Positions 11,541 through 24,659 of a stretch of DNA of 64,000 bases are shown here, in pieces; position 1 is the stretch's first letter, and every line of letters begins with the position of its first letter. Position numbers and translations under genes: made by a program. This stretch comes from Octopus vulgaris (lineage: Eukaryota). Where the stretch lies: NCBI GenBank assembly GCA_951406725.2, contig OX597824.1, positions 37,510,001 through 37,574,000 of the forward strand, given 5' to 3'. Below the pieces are notes generated by a model. It was given only the letters and a program-made list of their open reading frames with translations. It had not been told where the DNA came from and ran no database searches.

Positions 11541-12815
11541 AAGGTGATATCAAAAATGTTCCAGGATTAGTCATGTTTAATAAAAATTAACTTATTTACC
11601 TAAGGCATAGGAGTGGCTGTGTGGTAGGTAGCTTGCTTACAAACTACATGGTTCTGGGTTCAGTCCCACTGCGTGGCACCTTGGGCAAGTGTCTTCTACT
11701 ATAGCCTTGGGCCGACCAAAGCCTTGTGAGTGGATTTGGTAGACAGAAACTGAAAGAAGCCTGTCATATATATATGTGTGTGTATATGTTTGTGTGTCTG
11801 TGTTTGTCCCCCAACATTGCTTGACAACCGATGCTGGTGTGTTTACATCCCCGTAACTTAGTGGTTTGGCAAAAGAGACCGATAGAATAAGTACTAGGCT
11901 TACAAAGACTAAGTCCTGGGGGTCGATTTGCTCGAGTAAAGATGGTGCTCCAGCATGGCCACAGTCAAATGACTGAAACAAGTAAAAGAGTAAGTTTTAA
12001 CATCATCTCCTTTGAAATAGTCACCTTGCACAGCAATACACTGGACCCAGTGTTCCTGCCACTTTTGGAATCCAGCCTGGAAGTTGTTTGCTGTAAGTAA
12101 GTTGAAGACCTTCTGCAATTTGCTCTTGATCTCAACAGTGGTGTTAAAATGGCAACCTTTGAACTACATTTTCATCTTAGGGAAGTGATGGAAGTCTGCA
12201 GGAGCTAAATCTGGCAAATAGGGTGGGTGTGAAAGCAATACCATGTTGATCTTGGCAAGAAACCCATGAGTGAGGAGAACTCAGTGACAGGGTGCATTGT
12301 TGTTTGAACTCTACAGATTTGGTTTCTTCCGCTGAATGTCCCACCTCAAACACTTCAAAATGTCACAGTAGAACCCTTGACTGACAGTTCAGCCCGGGGG
12401 GTGACAAATTCTCGATGTACAATACCACATTTCCAAAGGTGACACTCGTGGCAGGTCTTCCAGGGACATTCTTCCTCCTTTGAAAAGCTGATGCCGCTTG
12501 AAACCTTGCTTACAATCCATTGCCTTGTTGCCGTAAGCTTGCTGAAGCATGCTCAATTTCTCTCTAGTAGACTTCCCAAGTTTAATGCAAAATTTCATGT
12601 TGGCTCTTTGTTCCTGTCCATGGCAAAATTGCAGACGACTGCATACACATGATCACAAAAACACAAATTTCACAACTTGTAAAGTAAACACAGTAATGTC
12701 ACATGGTACACTACCTCATGAAGGTCACTGCTAGCTCTCATTGCCCTTGCAACCATGTGCTGCCTTCTGTTAATGTGCTACAGAGCTAGTCCAGGAACTT
12801 TTTGATATCACCTTG
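11540..12815 (-). mobile_element. Decayed mariner-type transposon with a nested family A SINE (11603-11992, plus)
   Basis: TIRs CAAGGTGATATCAAAAA / TTTTTGATATCACCTTG with TA TSDs; remnants MKFCIKLGKSTREKLSMLQQAYG and FQKWQEHWVQCIAVQGDYF. Confidence 0.8.
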
Positions 12816-12886
12816 TACATTAAACTGATATTGTTTTCAGAACAAAACTTCTCTGTTATGTAGCAGTTCTTGAAGATTTCATTTAA

Positions 12887-13106
12887 CCCTTTCATTACCA
12901 ACCCAGCTGAAACTGGCTCTGGCTCTGAGTACAAATGTCCTGTTTTCATAAATTTTGAATTAAAATCTTCCACCAAACCATAGTCACAATATATGTTCCT
13001 AACTCTAGCTAAATGATAACCAAGTTATTTTATTAAATTCTTTGTTATATTTAAAGTAATTCAAAGAAACACAGAGCATCTCAAAATAAATACAGTAACA
13101 AAAGGG
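12887..13106. mobile_element. piggyBac-like MITE
   Basis: TTAA-CCCTTTCATTAC ... GTAACAAAAGGG-TTAA. Confidence 0.7.
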
Positions 13107-13428
13107 TTAAATATTTTCATTGTTTAGTAAATATTCTGCTTCTTATTGTCTTTTTGGCTGTTCACAATAAATAGTTATATAATTAGGGCAGCCACTTAAT
13201 TGTCTTGACATGAACTCACTGTCTGACTTAGGTAAAATTGCCAAGTGTATATTAGACTGAATAATATACACTTGCACAGCCACTATTAACCCTGCAGAAG
13301 GAGGCATTGCTCAATAATGGGTATATATACCCTTTATTTTTATGGGCAATTAATCCCTAGAAATGGCTGTAGGGCACTTAATATTTTACATTTTACTTTC
13401 TTCCTAGATTTTTAACTTTCATTTCATT

Positions 13429-13570
13429 TACTCTTTTTACTCTTTTACTTGTTTCAGTCATTTGACTGCGGCCATGCTGGAGCACCGCCTTTAGTCGAGC
13501 AAATCGACCCCGGGACTTATTCTTTGTAAGCCCAGTACTTATTCTATCGGTCTCTTTTGCCGAACCGCTA
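13429..13570 (-). mobile_element. SINE family A, 5'-truncated
   Basis: Matches the 3' 140 bp of family A. Confidence 0.75.
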
Positions 13571-13965
13571 TCATTTACATTCTGTGAGTTGGACCACTTT
13601 TTTGTATATATATATATACAGCTTTGATATAGTTTAATATATTTCTGTATTAATGTTCACATCTGTATATGACCCCCTATATTTTCCATGTATTTATATA
13701 TTTTTAATATATTTATATATTTTTAATGCATCTATGCATTCCTCTAATGTGTCTATGTAATAATTAAGTATGTGTTTCTGGTGATTCTTCTGTATCAATT
13801 CTATTGATGAAAGCGAGTTGGATTATTGTTTGTGGACTGAATTTACTGATATTATCCTCACTTATATATTTATCTTTTGTCTCAAGTATGAATTCCTTGA
13901 GCACTTTTAAGTGCAACCTTTAATCTGAGGGAAAATAGGAGTTTATCTTGTAGTCTTTCTTAAAT

Positions 13966-14022
<57 letters not shown>

Positions 14023-14089
14023 CATATAGGGATAAATTATCCATGCGAGTACTGTAAAAGTTCCTAGGTATATTACAGGTTTTGGTTTG

Positions 14090-14355
14090 TATTGGCACCA
14101 TGTAAAAAGCACCCATGCTGGTATCCCGTAAAAAGTACCTGTGCTGGTGTCACATTAAAAGTACCAATGCTGGTGCCACACAAAATGCACCTAGTGAACT
14201 CAGTAAAGTGGTTGGAATTAGGAAGGGCACCCAGCTGCAAAAGCCATACCAAAACAGACAAATGGAGCCTGGTGCAGTCCTATGGCTCGTCAGCTCCCGT
14301 CAAAATGTCCAACTCATGCCAGCATGAAAACTGGATATTAAATGATGATGATGAT
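14090..14355 (+). mobile_element. RTE-LINE 3'UTR fragment, decayed
   Basis: GTGGTTGGAATTAGGAAGGGCACCCAGCTG...GCATGAAAACTGGATATTAAATGATGATG tail. Confidence 0.6.
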
Positions 14356-14863
14356 ATAATATAGCATACAGGGTTCTTCAGTTGACTCAATTCAAGTCGG
14401 TATTTTATCAGATAAGAGTGATTTACTTAGCATGACAAGTAGCAACAGGATAAACATAAGGAACAATGTCTAATCTAGCACTGTAGCTAGCTAAAGGTTA
14501 AAAACTAGAACAGCTAACTTTGACTAATACATTTTATTTATATACATATCGCGCAAGAAAGTAGGCATGGTTTTCTAATATTATTATAAAAGAATGAAAG
14601 GTTTCTGTAGTCAAAATATATTTAACATCATTTCCAACATGAGAAATAATAATGCTCTCATTAAACACTCATTAAAAACATGATCCAACTGTGACAGTTA
14701 CAGAAAACAGACTTCAATAGTCAAATAATAAAACTTGTTAAAGTGTGTGTGCATGTGTGTGTCTGTGCATGCATGTGTGATAGCAAGCAATACCAAAGGC
14801 ACTGATCCAACTAAACAACTGGTTCAGGGCAGTTGACAATACCCAGCTACTCAAGAGGTTTAA

Positions 14864-15471
14864 CCCTTTAATGTTTAAACCGGCCATATCCGGCCCAAAT
14901 ATTCTATATGTTGTATACTCTTTTACTTGTTTCAGTCATTTGACTGCGGCCATGCTGGAGCACCACCTTTAGTCAAGCAAATCGACCACGGGACTTATTC
15001 TTTGTAAGCCCAGTACTTATTCTATCGGTCTCTTTTGCCAAACCGCTAAGTGACGGGGACGTAAACACACCAGCATCGGTTGTCATGCAATGCTAGGGGG
15101 ACAAACACAGACACACAAACACACATATATATATATATATATATACATATATATGACAGGCTTCTTTCAGTTTCCGTCTACCAAATCCACTCACAAGGCA
15201 TTGGTCGGCCTGGGGCTATAGCAGAACACACTTGCCCAAGATGCCATGCAGTGGGACTGAACCCAGAACCATGTGGCTGGTTAGCAAGCTACTTACCACA
15301 CAGCCACAAACTGGCAATATCTAGCCTTTCACACCTAACCTACAATGCCATTCTAAAAATAAACAATCACATCATTGAAACCTCAAAGCTATAAGATAAT
15401 GCTTGATTAATTCAAAACAATTTGAATAAAAAAAATATTACATTTAACAGAGTAATCTGAACACTAAAGGG
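14864..15471. mobile_element. piggyBac-like MITE interrupted by a family A SINE (about 14917-15308, minus)
   Basis: TTAA-CCCTTTAATGTTT ... GAACACTAAAGGG-TTAA; sister copy of 9344-9956. Confidence 0.75.
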
Positions 15472-15925
15472 TTAAAGTGTGGTGCTCCTAGTTTGGCATC
15501 ATTCCCAAACTACAGTAGCCATCCAAACTTAACCATGACCTGTATTGGAGGTGTCACCCACCAACTCTCATTTTAGTCAACTCTGATTACATATTCCATT
15601 GGCAGAGGAAGAATTGAAAGGCATTAAAGTAAAGGTCATTGCTGTTAAGTGAGGATGAGAATGTCAGACATGCCGACAAAACCATAAAGGGCTGCAAAAA
15701 GGGGGTAACTTCAGGAAGTTGAAATTTACAGAAAACACCAAGAGATTGTTCAGGTAGTCTGTCAATGATGGCTAGGATTGGGCAACTAGAGTACCAAGAA
15801 GTGGAGCAATACTGATGCCAGGGGCAAGAGAGGGCTTGTGGTACAGAGAGTCTGAGATGTAACAGAGAAAAATGGTTATTATAAATACGATAGAATTTGC
15901 TTGCCAGGGACAGTGAAACCAGGCA

Positions 15926-16834
<909 letters not shown>

Positions 16835-17220
16835 AAAAGAGTGAAAAAACTACAGAAGGCTTGTGTTATAAGGTTAAAGAATATATATAAAATTTTTATC
16901 TAGTTTCAGCTCACAAGTCGTTATGTTAGAAAAATGTTATAAAATTTTGTGTATAGTAACATAGTTTTTGGATAAATAACCGGTTTTGTACATTCTTTTC
17001 AAATTTCTCAAATTTCCTTTAGCTACATCATGTCAAGCGAAGACATGATACAATGTAGGTAAAGGAAATTTGAGAAATTTGAAAAGAATATACAAAACAG
17101 GTTATTTATCCAAAAACCATGTTACTATACACAAAATTTTATAACATTTTTCTAACATAACAACTTCAATATATTCTTTAACCTTATAACACAAGCCTTT
17201 TGTAGTTTTTCCACTCTTTT
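16835..17220. repeat. Near-perfect palindrome (~190-bp arms, centre about 17038) between (TA)n tracts
   Basis: AAAAGAGTGAAAAAACTACAGAAGGCTTGTG... is mirrored by ...CACAAGCCTTTTGTAGTTTTTCCACTCTTTT; centre CATGTC-AAGCGAA-GACATG. Confidence 0.9.
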
Positions 17221-17270
17221 ATATTTTTTATACATCCAACAACGTGCTTTCACATACCAACTCTCTCACC

Positions 17271-17316
<46 letters not shown>

Positions 17317-17326
17317 TATATATATA

Positions 17327-18047
17327 TCATCATCATCATCGTTTAGCGTCCGCTTTTCATGCTAGCATGGGTTGGACGGTTCAACTGGGGTCTGGGAAGC
17401 CAGGAGGCTGCACCAGGCCCAGTCTGATCTGGCAATGTTTCTACAGCTGGATGCCCTTCCTAATGCCAACCACTCCGTGAGTGTAGTGGGTGCTTTTATG
17501 TGCCAGACGAGGCTGACAACGACCACAATCGGATGGTGCTTTTTACGTGCCACCGGCACGAGGCCAGTCGGGGCAGAGCTGGCAACGGCGACGTTTGGAT
17601 GGTTCTCTTACGTACCACCGGCACTGGTATCACAGCTGCAATTTCCATTGATGTTAATCGATTTTGATTTTGATTTTCACTTGCCTCAACAGGTCTTCAC
17701 AAGTAGAGTTTTGTGTCCCAAGAAGGGAAGGTATGCATAAGTGGGCTGGCTACATCCCATGTAGAAGTCCACGGGTTATGGTCTCACTTGTCCTGCCGGG
17801 TCTTCTCACGCACAGCATACTTCCAGAGGTCTCGGTCTCTAGTCATTTCCTCAGTGAGACCTAAAGTTCGAAGGTCGTGCTTCACCACCTCATCCCAGGT
17901 TTTCCTGGGTCTGCCTCTTCCACAGGTTCCCTCAACCGCTAGGGTGTGGCACTTTTTCACACAATTATCTTCATCCATTCTCGCTACATGACCATACCAG
18001 TGCAAACGTCTCTCTTGCACACCGCAACTGATGCTTCTTAGGTCCAA
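17327..18047 (-). mobile_element. RTE-clade LINE 3' end (ORF C-terminus plus 3'UTR and ATG-repeat tail)
   Basis: RRLHWYGHVARMDEDNCVKKCHTLAVEGTCGRGRPRKTWDEVVKHDL...DRDLWK is the RTE C-terminal motif. Confidence 0.85.
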
Positions 18048-18460
18048 ATACTTATTTATTGTTTTTCCAGTAACTTCCGTCACTGATTTCGAAAAACTGT
18101 CTGCAAGCAATATTAAATCTCTGAACGAGATCTAAACAGTAACTGCTTGACAACGTAAAGTATACTAGCCATCTCAATGGGAAAACAATAAATAAGTTAC
18201 TGGAAAAACAATAATAATAAGTATTTGTAGAAAAACAATAAATAAGTATTTGCAAACGGTCTCCCTTCATCGAAAACCGGTGATTGCCGTACGTCGAAGA
18301 CAGGCAAATACTTAGAAACTGCAGTCCGTGCGTATCACTTAGGTTGATGAGAGAGGGATGACCTCCCTTTGCAAATACCAATCTCCATATTTATTGTAAT
18401 TGTATCGACCTTACACTTACAAAGATATTCATAATCCAGTGACGTGAACCCAGGACTTAC

Positions 18461-18464
18461 CCAT
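18461..18464 (-). CDS. Candidate ECH1 first coding exon end (ATG G|GTAAGT)
   Basis: Minus strand reads ccgATG G|GTAAGT. The phase-1 donor joined to the 10159 acceptor gives MATRLLGTKYGLYRTM..., a plausible presequence; it lies in a CpG-retaining segment. No transcript support is visible. Confidence 0.35.
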
Positions 18465-18614
18465 CGGATGAATTATGGTACGATTGCTCACCCTAAGTAG
18501 TCCTAGTTGTCCTTACTATTCAATGTGGTTAGCCTGAACCGGATTATAACTGAGTCCTTGTACAGTACCTACCTGGATAATTCATTACTTTTATACTCTT
18601 CATATATTTTCAAC

Positions 18615-19685
18615 AACATGGTTCCAGGTATAGTCTCACTGCGTGGTATCTTGGGCAAGTGTTTCCTACTATAGCCACAGGCAGACCAAAGCCTTGTGAG
18701 TGGATTTGGTAGACGGAAACTGAAAGTTGGACCTAAGAAGCATCAGTTGTGGTATGCAAGAGAGACTTTTGTGCTGGTATGGTCATGTGACGAGAATGGC
18801 TGAAGATAGTTGTGTGCAAAAGTACCACACCCTAGCAGTTGAGGGAACCTGTGGAAGAGGTAGACCCAGGAAAACGAGGTGGTGAAGCACGACCTTCGAA
18901 CTTTAGGTCTCACCAAGGAAATGACCGAGACCTATGGAAGTATGCTGTGCGTGAGAAGACCCGGCAAGACTAGTGAGACCATAACCCGTGGCCTCTACCT
19001 GGTATGTAGCCAGTCGGCTTATACATACCTTTCCTTCTTGGGACACAAAACTCCACTTGTGAAGACCCGTTGAGGCAAGTGAAAATCAAAATCAAAATCA
19101 AATCAAACCAAATCAAATCAGATATCAGAAAGCAGAACCAAAATCGAAGTCGATCAACATCAATGGAAATTGCAGTTGTGATACCAGTGCCGGTGACAAG
19201 TAAGCGAACCATCCGATCGTGGCCGTTGCCAGCGCCGCCCCGACTGGCCTTCGTGCCGGTGGCACGTAAAAAGCACCATCCGTTCGTGGCCGTTGCCAGC
19301 CACGCCTGGCCCCCGTGCCGGTGGCACGTAAAAGCACCATCCGATCGTGGCCGTTGCCAGCCACGCCTGGCCCCCGTGTCGGTGGCACGTAAAAAGCACC
19401 ATCCGATCGTGGCCGTTGCCAGCCTCGCCTGGCCCCGTGCCGGTGGCACGTAAAAAGCACCATCCGTTCGTGGCCGTTTGCCAGCTCCGTCTGGCACCTG
19501 CGCGGGTGGCACGTAAAAAGCACCTACTACACTCACGGAGTGGTTCGTGTTAGGAAGGGCATCCAGCCGTAGAAACACTGCCAGATCAGACTGGGCCTGA
19601 TGCAGCCTTCTGGCTTCACAGACCCCAGTTGAACCGTCCAACCCATGCTAGCATGGAAAGCGGACGCTAAATGATGATGATGATG

Positions 19686-19686
<1 letters not shown>
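18615..19686 (+). mobile_element. Family A SINE head (18615-18725) fused to an RTE LINE 3' end (18726-19686) with ~61-bp tandem repeats in the 3'UTR
   Basis: Inverted homolog of 17327-18047; tandem GGTGGCACGTAAAAAGCACCATCCG unit at 19190-19520; ATG-repeat tail. Confidence 0.8.
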
Positions 19687-19767
<81 letters not shown>

Positions 19768-20034
19768 ATGCAAGTATTATGTTATTAATATTTATCCAAA
19801 ATAACTTGTAGATGGCTTGAATAGCCTTGCTGTTTTCATGAAAGATCCATTCAACCTCTAATTCAATAACTAATTGATGTAATTCAAAACAAAGTATTAG
19901 CAACGAAGCGAGATAAATATTAGGATTTATAAATGATGAGAGTATAAACAGTCAATTTAGAAGAAATATTCACTCAATATCTATACACAGACACATGCAC
20001 ATATGTGTGCGTGTATGAACACCATCCAATGTTT

Positions 20035-20104
<70 letters not shown>

Positions 20105-20125
20105 TAAGAGATATATATATTTAGA

Positions 20126-21306
20126 AGGGTCATCCCATAAACAGTGCAGTCTTTTCAATTGCTTAAACAAAAAGTCGAAGGGGACAAGATAAACTACCTG
20201 CATCGACTTGCTGTAAAAGCAGGTAGTAAGTTTACCTTGTATTTATTCTTAGTGCAAGTTTTGAAGAGTGTATTTCAATTTTGACAGTTATTTTTCAAGG
20301 CTATAATGAAAGTGACAAAGGAGCATTTCGGCATATTTTGCTTTATGAGTTCAATAAAAGCAACAACGCAACGGAAAGCATGAGGAATATTAATGCAGTG
20401 TATGGGGATCAGACAATAAGCGTAAGTCAGTGTCAACGGTAGTTCCAGAAATTCCGAGCCGGAAACTACAGCCTAGAAGACAAGCCTCGTCCTGTAAGAT
20501 GTGTGGAGCTAGACTGGTCATTCAACCATACATTGGCACCTGCGTGCCATCGGAGAAGTCAGGAAATTGGATCAACGAGTTCCTCACAAACTTTATGAGT
20601 CTAATCGCATCAGAGAGTGAATGTGTGCCCTTCTTTGCTGTCGCATCTCACCAATGAACCTTTTTTGGACCAAATAGTGACTGGTGACGAGAAATAGGTT
20701 CTCTATAAAAATGTCAAGCGCCGAAGACATTGGGTAGGAAAAGGAGAAACACTGGCACCCCAGGCTAAAGAAAGTCTTCACCTACGTAAGGTGTTATCTG
20801 TTTGGTGGGATATGAAAGGTTTGTCAACTTTGAACTTTTAAACTCAAACCAAACAAAAACGACTATTTTTCGTTTCAAGACGAATGGTGTTCTTCCATCA
20901 GGATAATGCTCGGCCACATACAAAGACGATGATATTTCAAAAGCTGGAACAGTTTGAATGGGAAACAATGCCCCACCCACCATATTTGCCGGACATTGCC
21001 CCATCTGATTATCATTGATTCCACAGTTTTCAAAATCATTTGTACGGAAAAAGTATGGGCGATCGAAACGTTGCCAAAGTGGCGATGTTAAAGTATGAAT
21101 TCTGTAGACGAGGTTAGAATATTAGTGGAGGAGTATTTTTCATCATGGACAAGTGAATTATGGAAGAGGGGCCTTGCAAGTCTATCAAATAGATTGAAGA
21201 GCATTGTAGAAAACGGAGAGTATATTTTAAATTAAAAAAGCACTTTGTTTATCTTAATTTTGAAAGATGAAAAAGTATAAAAAACCGTATTATTTATGGG
21301 ATGACC

Positions 21307-21307
<1 letters not shown>
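20126..21307 (+). mobile_element. Degenerate mariner transposon
   Basis: TIRs GGGTCATCCCATAAA / TTTATGGGATGACC; frameshifted transposase remnants (IVTGDE, HQDNARPH, PYLPDIAPSDY). Confidence 0.85.
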
Positions 21308-21345
<38 letters not shown>

Positions 21346-21351
<6 letters not shown>

Positions 21352-21583
21352 GGCCCAAAAGTAGGTTTACAGTTATTACGTAGGTACTTCAAGTTTCTTT
21401 TTAAAACATTTTATTACATTTAAATTTCTATCTTACAAACTGAAAAAGGAGCTTGACAAAATTAACCAAATTAGCATAGAATAATATTTTCACATTTTTT
21501 TTTATAATTAAGATCTCAGCTGTTCATGTATGAATGCGAAAGAGATAATTCACCAACTGTAAACCTACTTTTGGGCCATCCTG
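21346..21583. mobile_element. Tc1/mariner-type MITE
   Basis: TIRs AGGGTGGCCCAAAAGTAGGTTTACAGTT / AACTGTAAACCTACTTTTGGGCCATCCTG with TA flanks. Confidence 0.8.
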
Positions 21584-22098
21584 TACACATGCACAGTACA
21601 AATTAGATAATCTTTCATGGTTACCTTGTTGTATTATTGAAATACTACATACTCACTGAATGATAATCGAGTTAATGATCCCATTATAACGAATTAGACA
21701 GGGGAAATAATGTTTTCTTTATCGTATGAATGACAAAGTTCAACGTCCAGCAAACCGGTGTTGATTTAATTTAATCTCCTTTCAAGTTGTAGAAACAGGC
21801 ACCTAGGTAATACTTTCACGTTGAGGGCTGCAGTAAACGATGAAGCTTATGAATGGTGACACAAACTGCTAGATATACTAGCCAAACCGTCTTCTTATTA
21901 CCCCCTACAGTTCTATACAAAGAAAAAGATACATCAGCTACTGTAGCCATAGATATGTTCTATACCTGAACATGGCTGGAAATTTCATAGCTCTTGTTTG
22001 TCCTCCGTAACAACCTTCGCGGCTGAGAACATCTCACACTTATGACATTAACGATGTATTTAATATTTAACACGAGAAGCACCAGACTTTTAACTCAC

Positions 22099-22153
22099 CT
22101 TTAAGAACAAGAATGCGTCAATTGACTCAAAGGTGTTTTTCAATTTGAAAACG
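22099..22153 (-). other. Candidate non-coding 5' exon of ECH1
   Basis: Perfect AAG|GTGAGT donor whose exon ends at 22099; phase compatible with the 10159 acceptor, but has in-frame upstream TGA and no ATG; 5' boundary is a guess. Confidence 0.3.
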
Positions 22154-22254
22154 TAAAAAACAAAAAAAAAAAAAGTGGGAGGTGAAAACCTTTATTAAAA
22201 CTATTTATAAAGACAATGTGTAAAAATTGATCCCGAATGTTTTTATTTCTTTAA

Positions 22255-22681
22255 GGGGGCGATCTTTCGTCTCTAGTAGACCTTTCCGTCGATTTCCGTA
22301 AAAAAATTTTTTTTTACATATGGGCTTGCGGGGACTTTTGAAGTAATATACATACATATACACATACACCGAGTAAAAAATTTCAGTTATCTCTCTCTTT
22401 CACACATTACTCTCTCTGTCTCTTCACACACACTAACAGAAGCACTTCACTTACACAACATACTGTCTGTCTCCCGCACCACATCAAACATACACACACA
22501 CATATACATCAATGCTTGCCATGCACGGTAACTTCAAAAGAACTTCCCTCGTCATACAATCGCTTTCTCTTAGTCTCTTTCGCTCTCATTACTTCAAAAG
22601 TTCCCGCAAGCCCATATGTAAAAAAAAAAAAAAATTTACGGAAATCGATGGAAAGGTCTACTAGAGACGAAAGATTGCCCT
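22255..22681. mobile_element. MITE with ~95-bp TIRs and TTAA TSD (Kolobok-like purine termini)
   Basis: TTAA-GGGGGCGATCTTTCGTCTCTAGTAGACC... / ...GGTCTACTAGAGACGAAAGATTGCCCT-TTAA. Confidence 0.75.
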
Positions 22682-22729
22682 TTAAGGGTAATACCTTATT
22701 TTATCTAATATAACTTTTACAAAAGAAAG

Positions 22730-23520
22730 ACAAAGAAAAGAAAAACAAAACGGAAAACAGAAAAAGGTGAAGACAGAAAAAAACAACATCAGTGAGGCAC
22801 TAAGTGCTTCAATTGGTCGCACACCACAAAGTTCAACGGAATCTATTGAAGCAAGCCAGCATGCTCGCAGCATTACCACAGGTGATGGCGAGGCTAAGGC
22901 GTTGGAAAAGCTAAGCGTCTTCACGGGCATCATCTGACATCTCGGTGATGTGAGCTGCCAACGATGACAAAAACTTTACGGTTTGTGACCCAGTCCTTCC
23001 GAACGTCTCAAACGCCACAGGTTGGAAGAGATAGTTCACTGCAAGGCCCCGATACTTCAGGGTTTTGTTCTGTTCGGTCACGGAAGCAGTGAATCTCCCA
23101 TTTACCGCAGCATCCAGGATGTGGGAGGGAGCAAAAGAGTCACGGACTGTGACGTCCCAAATGAGGCATCTGGAATTGAGGGCGCCTACCCCAGCGACAT
23201 CCCACTCCCTTACAGACGTCAGCTCCCATTCTGAGGGCGATGGAGATGCGGAGCTCATCCAGACTGAGTAGACCTCCAATGTTGACCCCAGGCAGGGCAT
23301 CAATCCAGTCCCCCGAGAATTTTGCTCTAGCAGAAAGTAGGCGACACCTTGAAATTATATCAGATTGATCAAAGAGAGAGTTGAAAGTGGGACCTGAACA
23401 CAGATTGTTCCATACTCTCTGCTTCTGTTTATCCTCGACTGCAATCGGAACTGACAAACCCAGCTCTCTTCACTGTAACAGAGCTTCATTCATCTACCTG
23501 TTGGAATTAGTCCATGTTGG
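22730..23520 (-). mobile_element. CRE-like non-LTR retrotransposon 3' fragment (restriction-like endonuclease region)
   Basis: SGDWIDALP...LRISIALRMG and LIWDVTVRDSFAPSH...KYRGL...FQPVAFETFG motifs across frameshifts. Confidence 0.7.
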
Positions 23521-23555
23521 AGAGGACTGAATTTTGTGACTTCATGATGATGTTA

Positions 23556-23812
23556 AATAATAATAATAATAATGAAATTATTGTATACAGTGCTCAGGTG
23601 CACCACAACTTGTCAGAAAGTGCATATAAAGTACATGCAGTAATGTAAAAATGTTTGGAAAGCGAACAATGTATGAGTCAGATACATGCTTGTGTGTGTA
23701 TGGAGGGGAGAAAATCAGGTGTAGTGTTGGCGAATCTCAGAAAGCATGGAAGTTTTGAAGGATGCAGTGCTCCGACAGCTAACAACTGATGCCGGCAGTT
23801 TGTTCCACGCTT
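23556..23812 (-). mobile_element. CR1/L2-like LINE 3' end
   Basis: Homologous to 47024-47335 (AWNKLPASVV region), with an AAT-repeat tail. Confidence 0.7.
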
Positions 23813-24133
23813 CATTAGTTACAATAATTCGATATTTTGAAAGAATTTTATCTTCACAAAATAAAAAGAAATTTATCGAAATTCTAAATACTCACCGAAA
23901 CGTTTTAGCGCACATTTGTCACACAGAGGTTTTTTTTACAGATTCTACATTTCTGTGGTTCTGTTTCTATATTTTGTTTTCACATATGCGCGTCCGGTTT
24001 TATTTCTAGAGGTAGACATTTCTAGAGGTAGACATTTCCTCAACTGGGCGTTTAATAGTACATGAACGAACGTGAGGTGAACCACCACCACAAAGTTCTT
24101 CAGCAACCTTTTGAATATATCCCCATCGTCTAA

Positions 24134-24463
24134 TGCGTAACTGGTACTTAATTTATCAACCCCGAAAGGATGAAAGGCAAAGTCGACCTCGGCAGAATTT
24201 GAACTCACAACGTAACGGCAGACGAAATACCTATTTCTTTATTACCCACAAGGGGCTAAACACAGAAGGGACAAACAATGACAGACATAGGTATTAAGTC
24301 GATTACATCGACTCCAGTGCGTAACTGGTACTTAATTTATCGACCCCGAAAGGATGAAAGTCAAAGTCGACCTCGGCAGAATTTGAACTCAGAACGTAAC
24401 GGCAGACGAAATACCGCTAAGCATTTCGCCCGACGTGCTAACGTTACTGCCAGCTCGCCGCCT
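24134..24463 (-). mobile_element. SINE family B, tandem form
   Basis: Head at the right end plus a repeated ~180-bp body; central GCCTTTCATCCTTTCGGGGTCGATAAATTAAGTACCAG resembles the conserved MetaSINE/Sauria-type domain. Confidence 0.85.
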
Positions 24464-24659
24464 TAGACACAGCACAATACTACTAAACAAAAGTTGGACC
24501 GGTGAAAGGGATTTTTATGGTTTAGTTAAGAGAAAGAAGTAACCATAATATGACCCACACACATTGGTGGAAAAAACGAAAGGCTAAAATTGAGGGTTAG
24601 GGTTAGGGTTAGGGTTAGTGACAGGATGTTGTCTGTTTTAGACGCAGCAAATGATTTTA

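Noticed and set aside
14427-14457. Alternative phase-1 first exon MFILLLLVML
   Set aside because: Weak donor (TAA|GTAAAT), no presequence character, and located in CpG-depleted intron sequence
18113-18172. MASILYVVKQLLFRSRSEI as an ECH1 presequence exon
   Set aside because: Ends in a stop codon; only poor phase-1 donors are available
24594-24618. (TTAGGG)n telomere-like tract
   Set aside because: Only about four units, embedded in repeat-derived sequence; too short to infer a fusion or telomere
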